Positions 47,288 through 58,881 of a DNA stretch of 64,000 nucleotides are shown here, in pieces. Source of the stretch: Gammaproteobacteria bacterium (lineage in GTDB: Bacteria; Pseudomonadota; Gammaproteobacteria; SZUA-140); contig JACREF010000011.1 in assembly GCA_016218365.1 (NCBI GenBank), positions 9,094-73,093 of the forward strand. Direction: 5' to 3'. The notes under the pieces are model-generated. The model had not been told where the DNA came from, made no database searches, and saw nothing but the letters and a program-made list of their open reading frames with translations. Both the position numbers and the translations under genes were made by a program. Each line of letters begins with the position of its first letter. The first letter of the stretch is position 1.

Positions 47288-47991
47288 TGGCCACGGTCAA
47301 GTTCTCGATCTACCGCTACAACCCCGAACAGGGCGGGGCGCCGGTGATGCAGCAGTACACGCTGGACCAGATCGAGCCCGGCATGATGGTGCTCGACGCC
47401 TTGAAGCGGATCAAGGTGCTGGACGAGTCGCTGAGCTTTCGCTACTCGTGCGGCGAGGGGGTGTGCGGCTCGGATGGACTCAATATCAACGGCATCAACC
47501 GGCTGTCGTGCATCACCCAGCTCGACGGGCTGGGCGGCCGGGTCGAGATCCGGCCGTTGCCGGGCCTGCCGGTGATTCGTGACCTGGTCATCGATCTGAG
47601 CCTGTTCTACCAGCAATACCGCGCCGTCAAACCCTATCTGGTGCGCACCGATCCTGAACCCGAGGTCGAGGTGCTGCAGAGTCCGCAGCAGCGCGGCAAG
47701 CTCGATGGCCTGTATGAGTGTGTGTTGTGCGGGTGCTGTTCGACCGCCTGCCCGTCGTTCTGGTGGAACCCGGACAAGTTCCGCGGACCAGCCGCGCTGT
47801 TGCAGTCCTACCGTTTCCTGGCCGACAGCCGTGATCAGATCACCGAACAGCGGCTCGATGAGCTCGAGGATTCCTACAAGCTGTTTCGCTGTCATAGCAT
47901 CATGAACTGTGCCCAGGTCTGTCCGAAGGGGTTGAACCCGACCGAGGCGATTGGCCGCATCAAGCAGATGATGCTCGGCAAGATGATCTGA
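47287..47991 (+). CDS. sdhB: Succinate dehydrogenase iron-sulfur subunit
   Basis: 2Fe-2S (CGEGVCGSD), 4Fe-4S and 3Fe-4S cysteine clusters (CVLCGCCSTACP, CHSIMNCAQVCP). Confidence 0.95.
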   Translation: MATVKFSIYRYNPEQGGAPVMQQYTLDQIEPGMMVLDALKRIKVLDESLSFRYSCGEGVCGSDGLNINGINRLSCITQLDGLGGRVEIRPLPGLPVIRDLVIDLSLFYQQYRAVKPYLVRTDPEPEVEVLQSPQQRGKLDGLYECVLCGCCSTACPSFWWNPDKFRGPAALLQSYRFLADSRDQITEQRLDELEDSYKLFRCHSIMNCAQVCPKGLNPTEAIGRIKQMMLGKMI

Positions 47992-47995
47992 GGGT

Positions 47996-48259
47996 GTGAT
48001 GAGCGATCCCGATACCGTCCATGCCGTGGCCTTGCGTCGCCTGCAGTGGAAGTGCCGGCGCGGCATGCGCGAGCTCGATGAGTTATTGCAGGGATATCTG
48101 CAGCAGCACGGTGCCGGACTGACGCCGGATGCGCTGCAGACGTTTGATCAGTTGCTGGAGTATTCCGACCAGCAGTTGCTGGAGATCCTGATGGGACGTG
48201 AGGTCCCCGAGCGCCAGGGATTGGCCGATGTCGTCGAGCGTATACGCGCAGCCGCTTGA
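47996..48259 (+). CDS. sdhE: FAD assembly factor SdhE (YgfY/CptB)
   Basis: 87 aa; RGMRELDELL and EYSDQQLLEIL resemble the SdhE RGxxE/DLL motifs. Confidence 0.75.
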   Translation: MMSDPDTVHAVALRRLQWKCRRGMRELDELLQGYLQQHGAGLTPDALQTFDQLLEYSDQQLLEILMGREVPERQGLADVVERIRAAA

Positions 48260-48686
48260 GCTGTCTCCGGGGCGATCAAGGTTGCTGCAGCTCTATCTGC
48301 TGGCGAGCCATGGCGGTGCCTTGGCACTGCTGCTGGTGCTGGATATCAGCGTCATCTACCGCATGTTACTGGTGCTGCTGATCGTCTGCAGCCTGGCCGT
48401 GTTGTATCGGAACCAGCAGTTAAGGCTGGGGCGGCGCGTGATCCATCAGGTGCTGTGGCGGCCGGATGGCAGTTGGCGGCTGGACATCGGTGGCAGCGTG
48501 ATCGAGGGGGCCGTATTGTGTCCGGACACCTTTGTCCATCCGTGGCTGATCGTGCTGCGCTTCGCCGCCAGGCGGCGCGGCTACACGCTGGTGCTGTTGC
48601 CGGACATGCTGGACCCGCAGACCTTGCGCAGATTACGGGTCAGATTGCGGCATCAGGCCCGGTGTGGTGCCGATAAAGAGAAATAA
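48228..48686 (+). CDS. ygfX: YgfX (CptA)-like inner-membrane protein
   Basis: Two N-terminal TM helices then W/R-rich soluble domain; overlaps the sdhE 3' end as in E. coli ygfY-ygfX. Confidence 0.5.
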   Translation: MSSSVYAQPLELSPGRSRLLQLYLLASHGGALALLLVLDISVIYRMLLVLLIVCSLAVLYRNQQLRLGRRVIHQVLWRPDGSWRLDIGGSVIEGAVLCPDTFVHPWLIVLRFAARRRGYTLVLLPDMLDPQTLRRLRVRLRHQARCGADKEK

Positions 48687-48767
48687 TGTCCTCCGCCGGG
48701 TGTCCACTGTGCTAGAATAGCCCCTCAATTCACAGCCTCTTCTTGCAGCAACGCTGCCCCCGAGCCC

Positions 48768-50615
48768 ATGTCCAATACTGAAAATACTACACCGGGTTTT
48801 GCCGACCTGGCCCTCAGCCCGCAGGTGTTGTCGGCGCTGCAGCGCGTCGGTTATGAAACACCGTCGCCGATCCAGCAGCAGATGATCCCGTTGATCCTGG
48901 CCGGCCATGATGTCATCGGCCAGGCCCAGACCGGTACCGGCAAGACTGCGGCCTTTGCGTTGCCGTTGCTGTCTCAGATCAATCTTGCCGAACGCCGGCC
49001 ACAGGTGATGGTGCTGGTGCCGACTCGCGAACTGGCCTTGCAGGTGGCAGAGGCCTTTCAGAAATACGCTGCAGACATGCCGGGTTTTCATGTATTGCCG
49101 ATCTATGGCGGACAGGGCTATCGCCAGCAGTTGCAGCCGCTGGAGCGTGGCGTTCATGTGGTGGTTGGCACACCGGGGCGGTTGATCGATCACCTGAAGC
49201 GTGGCACCTTGCAGACCGATTCGTTGCGGGCGCTGGTGCTCGATGAGGCCGACGAGATGCTGCGCATGGGGTTCATCGATGACGTGCAGTGGGTCATCGA
49301 GCAGTTGCCGGAGCAGCGCCAGATCGCGCTGTTCTCGGCCACGATGCCCAAGGTGATCCGCGACATCGCCCATCGCCATCTGAACCAGCCGCGTGAGGTG
49401 GCGATCCGCTCCAAGGCCACGACCGGGGATAACATCCGGCAGCGGGTGTGGCAGGTGCAGGGTATGGACAAGCTCGATGCCTTGACCCGGTTGCTGGAGG
49501 CCGAGCCCTTTGATGCGATGCTGATCTTTGTCCGTACCAAGACCGCGACGGTTGAGCTGGCTGAAAAACTCGAGGCACGCGGCTTTGCCGCCTCGGCGCT
49601 GAACGGTGATATCGTCCAGGCACAGCGCGAGCGCATCGTTGACCAGTTGCGCAAGGGACGGCTCGATATCGTCGTCGCCACCGATGTGGCGGCGCGCGGC
49701 CTCGATGTTGAACGCATCAGCCATGTCGTCAATTTTGATATCCCGTATGACACCGAGGCCTATGTGCACCGCATCGGCCGTACCGGCCGGGCCGGCCGTC
49801 GTGGTGATGCGATCCTGTTTGTGGCACCCCGCGAGCGGCGGCTGCTGATGGCGATCGAGAAGGCCACGCGCCAGACCCTGGAGCCGCTGGTGCTGCCGAC
49901 CGTCGATGATGTCAACGATCAGCGGGTGGCCCGCTTCAAGCAGCGGATCATCGAGTCGCTGAACGTCGAGGGTCTGGAGATGTATCAGCGGATCATTGCC
50001 CAGATCCAGCAGGAGCAGGGCATGGAGGCCGAGACCATCGCCGCCGCACTGGCGCGCATGGTGCAGGGTGACAAGCCGCTGCTGCTGGAAAAGAAGGCGC
50101 GGCGCGAGGCGGCTCGCGACCAGGCGCCGGTCCCATCCGCCAGACATCAGGAAGGAAAGGGCCGGCCGCGTGACAGCGGCGGGATGGATGCCCCGCGGCG
50201 CAAGCGTCCTGAACGCGGCGATGGCGACACCCGTCCAGCGCGTGAGGCGGTCCGCAGCCGTCCGTTTGAGGACCAGGGCGAGCGTAACAAGCCGTTGCGC
50301 AAGTCCGAGCGTCCGACACTGTCAGTCAAGGGTGCGGCGCGCGGCGGCCCAGCGCGCCGTGACATCGAGATGGAGCGCTACCGGATCGAGATCGGCAAGG
50401 TGCATGGTGTCAAACCGGGGCAGATCGTCGGTGCGATCGCCAACGAGGCCGGGCTCGACGGCGCCCACATCGGCCGCATCGAGATCCATGATGAATACAG
50501 CACGATTGATCTGCCGCAGGGCATGCCCAAGGATATCTTTCAGCAGTTGAAAAAGACCTGGGTCGCCGGCCGCAAGCTGATGCTGACCAAGGAGCCGGGC
50601 AACAAGTCAGACTGA
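48768..50615 (+). CDS. deaD: DEAD-box ATP-dependent RNA helicase DeaD/CsdA
   Basis: Q motif, [25 protein letters not shown]; C-terminal RG-rich linker and DbpA-like RNA-binding domain. Confidence 0.9.
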   Translation: MSNTENTTPGFADLALSPQVLSALQRVGYETPSPIQQQMIPLILAGHDVIGQAQTGTGKTAAFALPLLSQINLAERRPQVMVLVPTRELALQVAEAFQKYAADMPGFHVLPIYGGQGYRQQLQPLERGVHVVVGTPGRLIDHLKRGTLQTDSLRALVLDEADEMLRMGFIDDVQWVIEQLPEQRQIALFSATMPKVIRDIAHRHLNQPREVAIRSKATTGDNIRQRVWQVQGMDKLDALTRLLEAEPFDAMLIFVRTKTATVELAEKLEARGFAASALNGDIVQAQRERIVDQLRKGRLDIVVATDVAARGLDVERISHVVNFDIPYDTEAYVHRIGRTGRAGRRGDAILFVAPRERRLLMAIEKATRQTLEPLVLPTVDDVNDQRVARFKQRIIESLNVEGLEMYQRIIAQIQQEQGMEAETIAAALARMVQGDKPLLLEKKARREAARDQAPVPSARHQEGKGRPRDSGGMDAPRRKRPERGDGDTRPAREAVRSRPFEDQGERNKPLRKSERPTLSVKGAARGGPARRDIEMERYRIEIGKVHGVKPGQIVGAIANEAGLDGAHIGRIEIHDEYSTIDLPQGMPKDIFQQLKKTWVAGRKLMLTKEPGNKSD

Positions 50616-52247
50616 TCCGGTCTTGCGGCCGGGTGACAGCGGTGTCAGGCCGGGCGACAGGATGGTGTTGTGCGGTGGCCGGCTGTCGTCGCTCTGCGGA
50701 TAATCCCTGATGTAATGCAGGCCACGGCTCTCGCGCCGCAGCAAGGCCGAACGGATGATCAGGTCGGCGACCAGCACCAGGTTGCGCAGTTCGATCAGGT
50801 CGGCGGTGATGCGGAAGTTGCCGTAATATTCCATGATCTCCTGCGTCAGCAACTCGGTACGGTGTTGTGCACGTTGCAAGCGCTTGTCGGTGCGGACGAT
50901 GCCAACATAGTCCCACATGAAGCGGCGCAGCTCATCCCAGTTGTGCGACACGACGATCTCTTCATCCGAGTCGGTGACCCGGCTTTCATCCCAGTCTGGC
51001 AACTTGCCGGGCAGCGGGGTCTGCGCGTGCTGCGACTGGATATCCTGGGCCAGTGCCTGGGCAAACACTACACATTCCAGCAGCGAATTGCTCGCCATGC
51101 GGTTGGCGCCGTGAACCCCGGTATGCGCGGTCTCGCCGACGGCGTACAGACCGGGCAGATCGGTGCGGCCGCGCAGGTCGGTCATGATGCCGCCGCACAG
51201 GTAATGCGCTGCCGGCACCACCGGGATCGGCTGGCGGGTGATGTCGATAGCGAATTCCAGGCAGGTGGCATGGATGGTCGGGAAATGCTCGCGGATGAAC
51301 CCGGCGGGTTTGTGACTGATGTCCAGATAGACACAGTCGATACCGAGGCGTTTCATCTCATGGTCGATGGCGCGGGCCACGATGTCACGCGGCGCCAGTT
51401 CACCGCGGGCATCGAAACGCGCCATGAAGCGGGTGCCGTCCGGCAGCAACAGCTTGCCGCCCTCGCCGCGGATCGCCTCGGTGATCAGGAACGACTTGGC
51501 ATGCGGATGATACAAACAGGTGGGGTGGAACTGGATGAATTCCATATCGGCGACGCGGCAGCCGGCGCGCCAGCCCATCGCGATGCCGTCGCCGGTCGCG
51601 GTGTCGGGGTTGGTGGTATACAGGTAGACCTTGCCGCTGCCGCCGGTCGCCAGCACGGTGTGGCGGGCGGCAAAGACGTGGACCCGATGTCTGCGGTTGT
51701 CCAGCACATGGGCACCGAGGCAGCGATTGTGGGCCAGGCCGAGCTTGGCGCCGGTGATCAGGTCGACGGCGATATGGTTCTCGAAGATGTCGATGTTCGG
51801 GTGACGGCGGACCTGGGCCTCCAGCGTCAGTTCGATCTCGCGCCCGGTGGCGTCGGCGGCGTGGATGACACGGCGATGGCTGTGGCCGCCTTCACGGGTC
51901 AGATGAAAGTCACTGGAGCCGTCAGCGCGCTGTTCACGGGTGAAGGACACGCCCTGATTGACCAGCCAGTCCACGGCCTCGCGGGCCTGATGGACGATGT
52001 ATTCGACGGCCTTGCGGTTGCACAGACCGGCGCCAGCATTCAGCGTGTCCTCGATGTGTGATTCGGCGGAGTCGTTCTTGTCGTGGACCGCGGAGATCCC
52101 GCCCTGGGCGTAGAGCGTGGACCCTTCAGTAAGATTCTTTTTTGATATCAGGGCAATACGGTTATGCTCGGCCAGCCGTAATGCCAGTGCGAGGCCGGCG
52201 GCGCCGCTGCCGATGATCAGGATGTCATGCTGGTATTGGGTGCTCAC
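50607..52247 (-). CDS. nadB: L-aspartate oxidase
   Basis: [19 protein letters not shown] motif; fumarate-reductase/SdhA-like catalytic residues; divergent from rpoE. Confidence 0.9.
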   Translation of the reverse strand: MSTQYQHDILIIGSGAAGLALALRLAEHNRIALISKKNLTEGSTLYAQGGISAVHDKNDSAESHIEDTLNAGAGLCNRKAVEYIVHQAREAVDWLVNQGVSFTREQRADGSSDFHLTREGGHSHRRVIHAADATGREIELTLEAQVRRHPNIDIFENHIAVDLITGAKLGLAHNRCLGAHVLDNRRHRVHVFAARHTVLATGGSGKVYLYTTNPDTATGDGIAMGWRAGCRVADMEFIQFHPTCLYHPHAKSFLITEAIRGEGGKLLLPDGTRFMARFDARGELAPRDIVARAIDHEMKRLGIDCVYLDISHKPAGFIREHFPTIHATCLEFAIDITRQPIPVVPAAHYLCGGIMTDLRGRTDLPGLYAVGETAHTGVHGANRMASNSLLECVVFAQALAQDIQSQHAQTPLPGKLPDWDESRVTDSDEEIVVSHNWDELRRFMWDYVGIVRTDKRLQRAQHRTELLTQEIMEYYGNFRITADLIELRNLVLVADLIIRSALLRRESRGLHYIRDYPQSDDSRPPHNTILSPGLTPLSPGRKTGSV

Positions 52248-52333
52248 CGGGTCAGCTTAAACCTATTAGTGAAATCTACAACTTATTATATATAATGGAG
52301 TTTGTTTATGTGAAAGATATTTATTGCCAGGGT

Positions 52334-52361
52334 GGAACTTCACCACCGGGGCGCGGTCTAC
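52334..52361 (+). promoter_or_regulatory. rpoE: Sigma-E (sigma-24) dependent promoter: GGAACTT-N16-TCTAC
   Basis: Near-exact match to the E. coli sigma-E -35 GGAACTT and -10 TCTAA at 16-bp spacing, ~25 nt upstream of the likely rpoE TTG start. Confidence 0.65.
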
Positions 52362-52384
52362 TGGTTCATAAAAGGGTAACCCCG

Positions 52385-52972
52385 TTGGAAGAAGGTACGG
52401 CCCAGGCGGGCGACAGGCAGGCTGACCAACAACTGGTCGAGCGTGTGCAGCAGGGTGATAAACGGGCCTTTGACCTGTTGGTGATCAAGTACCAGCATCG
52501 TGTGGTCAAGCTGGTGATGCGCTATGTTGGCGACCGCGACGAGGCGCAGGATATCGCGCAGGATGCCTTCATCAAGGCATACCGGGCGTTGCCGGGGTTT
52601 CGGGGTGAGAGTGCGTTTTATACCTGGCTGTACCGGATTGCGATCAATACGGCCAAGAACTGGCTGGTGACGCAGGGCAGGCGACCGAACAATATCGACA
52701 TCGACGAGCTCGAAGAGCTCGGGGGTGCCGCGGAATTGCGGGACCTGGCGACGCCGGAGACCCAGTTTCAGAGGAATGAAGTACAGCAGGCGGTTGTGGC
52801 AGCCTTTGAGGCCCTGACCGAGGATCTGCGTCAGGCGATCGTGTTGCGCGAGTTGCAGGGGCTCAGCTACGAGGAGATTGCCGAGCAGTTGCAGTGTCCG
52901 ATCGGGACGGTGAGGTCACGGATCTTCCGGGCCCGTGAGTCGATCAACAAGGCGCTGGAGCCTTATGTGTAG
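52385..52972 (+). CDS. rpoE: ECF sigma factor sigma-E (RpoE); TTG start proposed (ORF track uses ATG at 52295)
   Basis: Alignment to E. coli RpoE begins at QQLVERVQQGDKRAFDLLVIKYQHRV; TTG with AAAAGGG RBS gives 196 aa versus 191 in E. coli; the longer ORF would contain its own sigma-E promoter. Confidence 0.8.
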   Translation: MEEGTAQAGDRQADQQLVERVQQGDKRAFDLLVIKYQHRVVKLVMRYVGDRDEAQDIAQDAFIKAYRALPGFRGESAFYTWLYRIAINTAKNWLVTQGRRPNNIDIDELEELGGAAELRDLATPETQFQRNEVQQAVVAAFEALTEDLRQAIVLRELQGLSYEEIAEQLQCPIGTVRSRIFRARESINKALEPYV

Positions 52973-53054
52973 CGGTATGGTGTGAATATCTGAAGATGAT
53001 TTCGCGTGGTTAACTTGGATTATGGCGTCAGGCAGCAAACAGGAGCTTGTATAG

Positions 53055-53714
53055 ATGGCAACTGAAAAGTTCGAAACCTTGTCTCGGTTCATGGATAACG
53101 ATGTCAGCGGTCAGGATGCCGATCTGTTGTTGGGTAAACTGTCCGGTGATCGCGAGCTGCAGCAGCGTTGGGCCCGTTATCACCTGATCGGCGACGCATT
53201 GCGCAACGAGCTGCCGGCGGCGATGCCGTCAGCGGCATTTAATACCCGGCTGCAGCAGGCACTGCAGCAGGAGCCGGTCCATTTCCATCCGGCGCGGCGC
53301 CGGACGGGCGGGCAGCGTGAATGGGTGGGGTTTGCGATGGCGGCCTCGATCACCGCGGTGGCAGTGGTTGCAATGTTGAAGATGAATGACGTGGATCAGG
53401 GCGCCGGGCCTGCCTCGCAGACGCTGGCAGCCGCCATGCCGGCGGCGATCGATGATGCCCGGCCGGTGGCCCAGCTGGCGGCGCGTGTCACCACGGCCGC
53501 CAAGGTCGACTTTGTTGCCAGTCACCAGCAGGGCAGCGATACACCGCTGATCCAGATGGCCTCGGCCGGTGAGATGGTCAATATGCAGGCCGAACATAGC
53601 CGTGCCGTCAATTTCGAGACGTCGATGTATGACTATCTGGTCGATTACACCCGCTATGCCGTTGCGACACCGCTGGAGGGTGCCAGCATCGTAGGTTACT
53701 ACTCACAGAAATGA
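53055..53714 (+). CDS. rseA: Anti-sigma-E factor RseA
   Basis: N-terminal cytoplasmic helices with W-x3-YHLIGD motif, central TM, periplasmic C-terminus. Confidence 0.75.
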   Translation: MATEKFETLSRFMDNDVSGQDADLLLGKLSGDRELQQRWARYHLIGDALRNELPAAMPSAAFNTRLQQALQQEPVHFHPARRRTGGQREWVGFAMAASITAVAVVAMLKMNDVDQGAGPASQTLAAAMPAAIDDARPVAQLAARVTTAAKVDFVASHQQGSDTPLIQMASAGEMVNMQAEHSRAVNFETSMYDYLVDYTRYAVATPLEGASIVGYYSQK

Positions 53715-53795
53715 TCGCGGCAGTTGTTTCCGCAGGCAGAAGGCCGTTCGTTGTAACGGCCTTTTGCATGATAAGATACCGGGCAGCGGACAGGA

Positions 53796-54284
53796 GTGGC
53801 CTGCATGGTTGAAGAACAGGCGACAATCATTGATATCGAAGACGGTTATGCCTGGGTGCAGACCCGGCGCGTCTCGGCGTGCACGGCCTGTTCTGCCAAC
53901 AAGGGTTGCGGGACCGGCACCATCGCCAGGATCTTTCCCGAGCGTGTGGCACGGATGCAGGTGCTGAATCCGCTGCAGGCCGGCATTGGCAGTGAGGTGG
54001 TGGTGGGGCTGGATGAGCAGATGCTGATCCGGGGATCACTGGCAGCGTATGGTGTGCCTTTGCTGGCAATGCTGGCCTCTGGCATGGTTGGTCATCAGCT
54101 GGCGCTGAGCCGGTTCCCGGGCCACGAAGAACCCGCGAGCATCATCGCGGCACTGGCAGGACTGGGACTGGGGTTGCTGTGGCTGAGTTATTTTACCCGC
54201 CGTATCCGCGGTGACCGGCGTTACCAGCCGGTGATCCTGCGTGTGGTTGAGCCACCGCAGGGACAGATCATGCGACGATTTTGA
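53796..54284 (+). CDS. rseC: RseC/SoxR-reducing-system protein
   Basis: Cys cluster (ACTACSANKGCG) followed by 2 TM; architecture matches E. coli RseC. Confidence 0.7.
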   Translation: MACMVEEQATIIDIEDGYAWVQTRRVSACTACSANKGCGTGTIARIFPERVARMQVLNPLQAGIGSEVVVGLDEQMLIRGSLAAYGVPLLAMLASGMVGHQLALSRFPGHEEPASIIAALAGLGLGLLWLSYFTRRIRGDRRYQPVILRVVEPPQGQIMRRF

Positions 54285-54303
54285 ACAGGCAGGGAGACTG
54301 ATA

Positions 54304-55791
54304 ATGGTGGCAGGTATGGGTATCGTGGTGGCGGGATGGGGGCAACGCATCGGGGCGGGCATCATCGCACTGGGTTTGATGATGTCGGGAGCGGATGCGC
54401 TGGCGGCAGCACGTGAACTGCCGGATTTCACCAAGCTGGTTGAGCAGCATAGTGCGGCAGTGGTGAATATCAGCACCACCCAGAAACACCGTGCCCAGGG
54501 GCCGTCCTCTGACGAGGCCCCAGCGCCACCACGCAACCTGCCGCCGGGTGTGCCTTTTGATGACTTCCTGCGCCGTTTCTTTGGTGATGGCCATGGCGGA
54601 GGTGGTCACGGTGGCGGTCGCGACGGCGGTCCGGATTTTGACAGTGAGTCATTGGGCTCCGGTGTCGTCATCTCCAGGGAAGGTTACATCCTGACCAATC
54701 GCCACGTCATCGATGAGGCCGACGAGATCGTGGTGCGGCTCAGTGATCGCCGCGAGTTTCTCGCGACCGTGGTCGGTTCCGACAAGCGCAGTGATGTGGC
54801 GCTGCTGAAGATCAAGGCCGACAATCTGCCGGTGGCGAAGATCGGCCAGTCGCGCAACCTGAAGGTCGGTGAGTGGGTGCTGGCGATCGGCTCGCCGTTC
54901 GGCTTCGATCATACGGTCACGGCCGGTATCGTCAGTGCGATCGGCCGCAGCCTGCCGAACGAGAATTATGTGCCGTTCATCCAGACCGACGTGGCGATCA
55001 ATCCGGGTAATTCCGGCGGGCCGTTGTATAACCTGGACGGTGAGGTGATCGGGATCAATTCCCAGATCTATAGCCGTACCGGTGGTTTCATGGGCCTGTC
55101 GTTTGCGATCCCGATCGACATGGCGATGAATGTCGTCGATCAGTTGAAATCCTCCGGGCACGTCAAGCGCGGCTGGCTCGGCATCCTGATCCAGGATGTG
55201 ACGCGGGAGCTGGCCGAATCATTTGGCATGGCCAAGCCCAGCGGGGCGCTGGTGGCCAAGATCCTGCCCAACAGCCCGGCCGGCAAGGCCGGCCTGCAGG
55301 TGGGTGACGTGGTGGTGGAGTTCGATGGCCATGAGGTGGGAAGTTCCTCGGAACTGCCGCCGCTGGTCGGTGGCAGCCGGATCGGCGCCTCGTTGCCGGT
55401 CAAGATCATCCGTAATGGCAAGCCGCTGACGCTCAGCATCGTCATCAACGAACTGCCGGAAAATGATGATATCGAGCTCAGCGACGATGGCCGGCGCGAG
55501 CTGAAGCTGCCGCGGCTGGATATCGCCATCGCTGACATGACCAGTGAGCAGCAGGCCGAATATGAAGACCTGCAGCAGGGCGTATTCGTCACCCAGGTCG
55601 ATAACGGGGCCGGGGCGCATGCCGGGCTGCGCCGGGGGGATGTCATCGTCAAGCTGAACAACGTCGATGTCAAGGACGCCCAGCAGCTGAAAAAGATCGT
55701 CGATGAATTGCCTGCCGGCAAGTCAGTCCCTATACTTGTGATGCGCCGCAGCGGGCCGGTATTCCTGGCGATCCGGATCCCGAAGAACTGA
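54304..55791 (+). CDS. degQ: Periplasmic serine endoprotease DegP/DegQ (HtrA family, two PDZ domains)
   Basis: Start MVAGMG (GGGAGA RBS); catalytic triad motifs (TNRHV, DVALLKI, GNSGGPL); two PDZ domains. Confidence 0.9.
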   Translation: MVAGMGIVVAGWGQRIGAGIIALGLMMSGADALAAARELPDFTKLVEQHSAAVVNISTTQKHRAQGPSSDEAPAPPRNLPPGVPFDDFLRRFFGDGHGGGGHGGGRDGGPDFDSESLGSGVVISREGYILTNRHVIDEADEIVVRLSDRREFLATVVGSDKRSDVALLKIKADNLPVAKIGQSRNLKVGEWVLAIGSPFGFDHTVTAGIVSAIGRSLPNENYVPFIQTDVAINPGNSGGPLYNLDGEVIGINSQIYSRTGGFMGLSFAIPIDMAMNVVDQLKSSGHVKRGWLGILIQDVTRELAESFGMAKPSGALVAKILPNSPAGKAGLQVGDVVVEFDGHEVGSSSELPPLVGGSRIGASLPVKIIRNGKPLTLSIVINELPENDDIELSDDGRRELKLPRLDIAIADMTSEQQAEYEDLQQGVFVTQVDNGAGAHAGLRRGDVIVKLNNVDVKDAQQLKKIVDELPAGKSVPILVMRRSGPVFLAIRIPKN

Positions 55792-55856
55792 CAGACCAGG
55801 TAGTGAAGGTTATCGAAAGGGGGCCCTGGCCCCCTTTCTTGGTATTGGCGGGCCCG

Positions 55857-57650
55857 ATGAAGCAGATACGTAATTTTTCAATCATTGCCCATATTGACCA
55901 CGGCAAATCGACGCTCTCTGATCGCCTGATCCAGTTGTGCGGCGGCCTCAGCGCCCGTGAGATGTCGGAGCAGGTGCTCGACTCGATGGATCTGGAGCGC
56001 GAACGCGGCATCACCATCAAGGCGCAGAGCGTGGCGCTGGAATACAAGGCCCGTGACGGTCAGGTCTATCAGCTGAACTTCATCGATACCCCGGGACATG
56101 TCGATTTTGCCTATGAGGTGTCGCGCTCGCTGGCGGCCTGTGAAGGGGCGCTGCTGGTGGTCGATGCCTCGCAGGGGGTTGAGGCCCAGACCGTCGCCAA
56201 CTGTTATACCGCACTCAACCAGAAGCTGGAGGTGGTGCCGGTGCTGAACAAGATCGACCTGCCGACCGCCGATCCCGAGCGGGTGATCCAGGAGATCGAG
56301 GACATCATCGGCATCGAGGCCAGTGATGCGGTGCGGATCTCGGCCAAGACCGGCGAGGGTGTCATTGATCTGCTGGAACAGCTGGTTGAACGTATCCCGT
56401 CACCGCGAGGCGATGCCGCGGCGCCGCTGCAGGCGCTGATCATCGATTCGTGGTTTGATAATTATATGGGCGTCATCTCGCTGGTGCGTGTTGTCAACGG
56501 CACGCTGGAGACCGGACAGGCGGTGACGGTGATGTCGACCGGGACCAGTCATCTGGTGACGCAGCTCGGGGTATTCACGCCCAAGGCGCAAAAGCGGCCA
56601 CGGCTCAGCGCCGGTGATGTCGGTTTCATCATCGCCGGCATCAAGGAGGTCGACGGCGCGCCGGTCGGCGACACGCTGACGACGACGCGTAATCCGGCCA
56701 GCACTGCACTGCCGGGGTTCCAGACCGTCAAGCCGCAGGTATTCGCCGGGCTGTTTCCGATCAATGCCGAGAATTACGAGGATCTGCGCGAGGCGCTGGG
56801 CAAGCTGCGGCTCAACGATGCCTCGCTGTTCTACGAGCCGGAGACCTCGCAGGCGCTGGGGTTCGGCTTCCGCTGCGGTTTCCTTGGCATGCTGCACATG
56901 GAGATCATCCAGGAACGGCTGGAGCGGGAATATGATCTGGACCTGATCACCACGGCGCCGACGGTGATCTACGAGGTGCTGACCACCTCTGGCGAGGTGA
57001 TGCAGGTCGACAACCCGTCGCGGCTGCCCGATCCGGCGCGCATCGCCGAGATCCGTGAACCGATCATCCAGGCCGACATCCTGGTGCCGCAGGAATATCT
57101 CGGTGCCGTGATCACGTTGTGTATCGAGAAACGCGGCCGTCAGGTCAAGATGCTGTATCACGGCAAGCAGGTGGCGCTCAGTTATGAACTGCCGCTCAGT
57201 GAAGTAGTGATGGATTTTCATGACCGGCTGAAATCGGTGAGCCGCGGTTTCGCCTCGATGGATTATAACTTTCTGCGCTTCACTGCCGCCGATCTGGTCA
57301 AGGTGGATATCCTGATCAATGGCGAGAAGGTCGATGCGCTGTCACTGATCGTGCACCGCGAGCGCTCGTTGTCGCGTGGCCGCGAACTGGCAGACAAGAT
57401 GCGCGAGCTGATCCCGCGCCAGATGTTTGATGTCGCGATCCAGGCCGCGATCGGCTCCCATGTCATTGCGCGCGAGACCGTCAAGGCGCTGCGCAAGAAC
57501 GTGACCGCCAAATGTTACGGCGGAGACATGACGCGCAAGCGCAAGCTGCTGGAGAAACAGAAGGAAGGGAAGAAGCGCATGAAACAGGTGGGACGGGTGG
57601 AGATCCCGCAGGATGCGTTTCTGGCAATATTACAAACAGGAAAGAAATGA
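55857..57650 (+). CDS. lepA: Elongation factor 4 (LepA)
   Basis: Start [20 protein letters not shown]; G1-G4 GTPase motifs; LepA-specific C-terminal domain. Confidence 0.95.
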   Translation: MKQIRNFSIIAHIDHGKSTLSDRLIQLCGGLSAREMSEQVLDSMDLERERGITIKAQSVALEYKARDGQVYQLNFIDTPGHVDFAYEVSRSLAACEGALLVVDASQGVEAQTVANCYTALNQKLEVVPVLNKIDLPTADPERVIQEIEDIIGIEASDAVRISAKTGEGVIDLLEQLVERIPSPRGDAAAPLQALIIDSWFDNYMGVISLVRVVNGTLETGQAVTVMSTGTSHLVTQLGVFTPKAQKRPRLSAGDVGFIIAGIKEVDGAPVGDTLTTTRNPASTALPGFQTVKPQVFAGLFPINAENYEDLREALGKLRLNDASLFYEPETSQALGFGFRCGFLGMLHMEIIQERLEREYDLDLITTAPTVIYEVLTTSGEVMQVDNPSRLPDPARIAEIREPIIQADILVPQEYLGAVITLCIEKRGRQVKMLYHGKQVALSYELPLSEVVMDFHDRLKSVSRGFASMDYNFLRFTAADLVKVDILINGEKVDALSLIVHRERSLSRGRELADKMRELIPRQMFDVAIQAAIGSHVIARETVKALRKNVTAKCYGGDMTRKRKLLEKQKEGKKRMKQVGRVEIPQDAFLAILQTGKK

Positions 57651-58471
57651 TGAATCTCGATTTTCAGGCGCTGATGGCGCTGGTATTGCTGGTGACGGGT
57701 GTGATCTGGGGACTGGATGCCTGGCTGTGGGCGCCGAGGCGCCGTGCCGCAGCGGCCGCGCTGCAACAGCAGCAGCTCGGTGAAGACGTGGTGCAGAAGG
57801 CGATACGTGTGCCGGTGTATGTCGAGTGGTCGCGGTCGTTCTTCCCGATCATCCTGGTGGTGCTGGCCTTGCGTTCGTTTGTCGTCGAGCCGTTCCGCAT
57901 CCCGTCGGCGTCGATGATGCCGAGTCTGCTGGTGGGGGATTTCATCCTGGTGAACAAATATGCCTACGGGCTGCGCCTGCCGGTGACCGAGACCAGGATC
58001 CTGGAGACCGGCGAGCCGCAGCGTGGTGATGTCATCGTATTCCGCTATCCGGAAAACCCGTCGCTCGATTACATCAAGCGCGTGGTCGGGTTGCCAGGTG
58101 ACCGGATCAGCTACTACAACAGGGTGCTGTATGTGAACGGCGAGCCGATGCCGCAGCAGGTGATCGGAGAGTATGTCGGCATCGGTGCCGGCGCTAATGC
58201 CACCGGCTGGAGCCATCGCCGCGAGAACCTTGGCGGCGTCGAGCATCAGATCCTGCTGCGTCCCGGCCGTTCGATGCTCGAGGGTGACTATATCGTTCCG
58301 GAAGGAAACTATTTCGTCATGGGCGACAACCGTGACAACAGCAATGACAGTCGGGTCTGGGGCACGGTACCGGAGGCCAATCTGGTCGGGCGCGCCTTCA
58401 TGATCTGGATGAACTGGGATGCGGCCGGCGGCGGCGTGGACTGGGGCCGGCTCGGCACCATGATTCACTAA
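57647..58471 (+). CDS. lepB: Signal peptidase I
   Basis: Start MMNLDFQ overlapping the lepA stop; catalytic S (IPSASMMPS) and K ([12 protein letters not shown]) boxes, GDNRDNSND box. Confidence 0.9.
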   Translation: MMNLDFQALMALVLLVTGVIWGLDAWLWAPRRRAAAAALQQQQLGEDVVQKAIRVPVYVEWSRSFFPIILVVLALRSFVVEPFRIPSASMMPSLLVGDFILVNKYAYGLRLPVTETRILETGEPQRGDVIVFRYPENPSLDYIKRVVGLPGDRISYYNRVLYVNGEPMPQQVIGEYVGIGAGANATGWSHRRENLGGVEHQILLRPGRSMLEGDYIVPEGNYFVMGDNRDNSNDSRVWGTVPEANLVGRAFMIWMNWDAAGGGVDWGRLGTMIH

Positions 58472-58494
58472 CGAACACGGGAGGTGCTGCTATC

Positions 58495-58881
58495 ATGACA
58501 TCAATGATGATGCGACAGCGCGGACTCAGCGCGATCACGCAGATCGTGATGCTGTTTCTGGTTGGCATCTTTATCTATGTGGTGATCAAGACCGTCCCCC
58601 ATTATTACGAAGACTCGCTGATCGCAGTGGCGGTCGAGAAGGTCGAGACCGACTACCAGGCCGGCACGCTGCAGGCCAGTGAGATCCACTCGCGGCTGCT
58701 GAAGAATTTCCAGATGAATAATATCAATGTGATCACTGCCGACGATATCAGGATTGCACGTGGCGACAAGGGGACCGAGCTGATCATCGACTATCGGGTG
58801 GAGGAACCAGTGATGGGCAATCTGCTGCTGGTGCAGGTGTTCTCCCATCATGTAACCTTGCTCGAAACCGAGAAACCTTGA
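58495..58881 (+). CDS. DUF4845-like small membrane-anchored protein
   Basis: N-terminal TM; conserved position between lepB and rnc in gammaproteobacteria. Confidence 0.55.
   Translation: MTSMMMRQRGLSAITQIVMLFLVGIFIYVVIKTVPHYYEDSLIAVAVEKVETDYQAGTLQASEIHSRLLKNFQMNNINVITADDIRIARGDKGTELIIDYRVEEPVMGNLLLVQVFSHHVTLLETEKP

Noticed and set aside
50607-50615. 9-nt overlap of convergent deaD and nadB 3' ends
   Set aside because: Simple convergent overlap of stop regions. Nothing regulatory can be inferred from sequence alone.
37126-52061. Other large shadow ORFs (37126-38202 -, 40104-41207 -, 43515-44192 +, 46292-47188 -, 48633-50147 -, 50670-52061 +, 56400-57221 -, 57515-58468 -, 60704-61309 -)
   Set aside because: Each lies entirely within a strongly supported housekeeping gene on the opposite strand (recJ, lysS, ygfZ, sdhA, deaD, nadB, lepA, lepB, recO).
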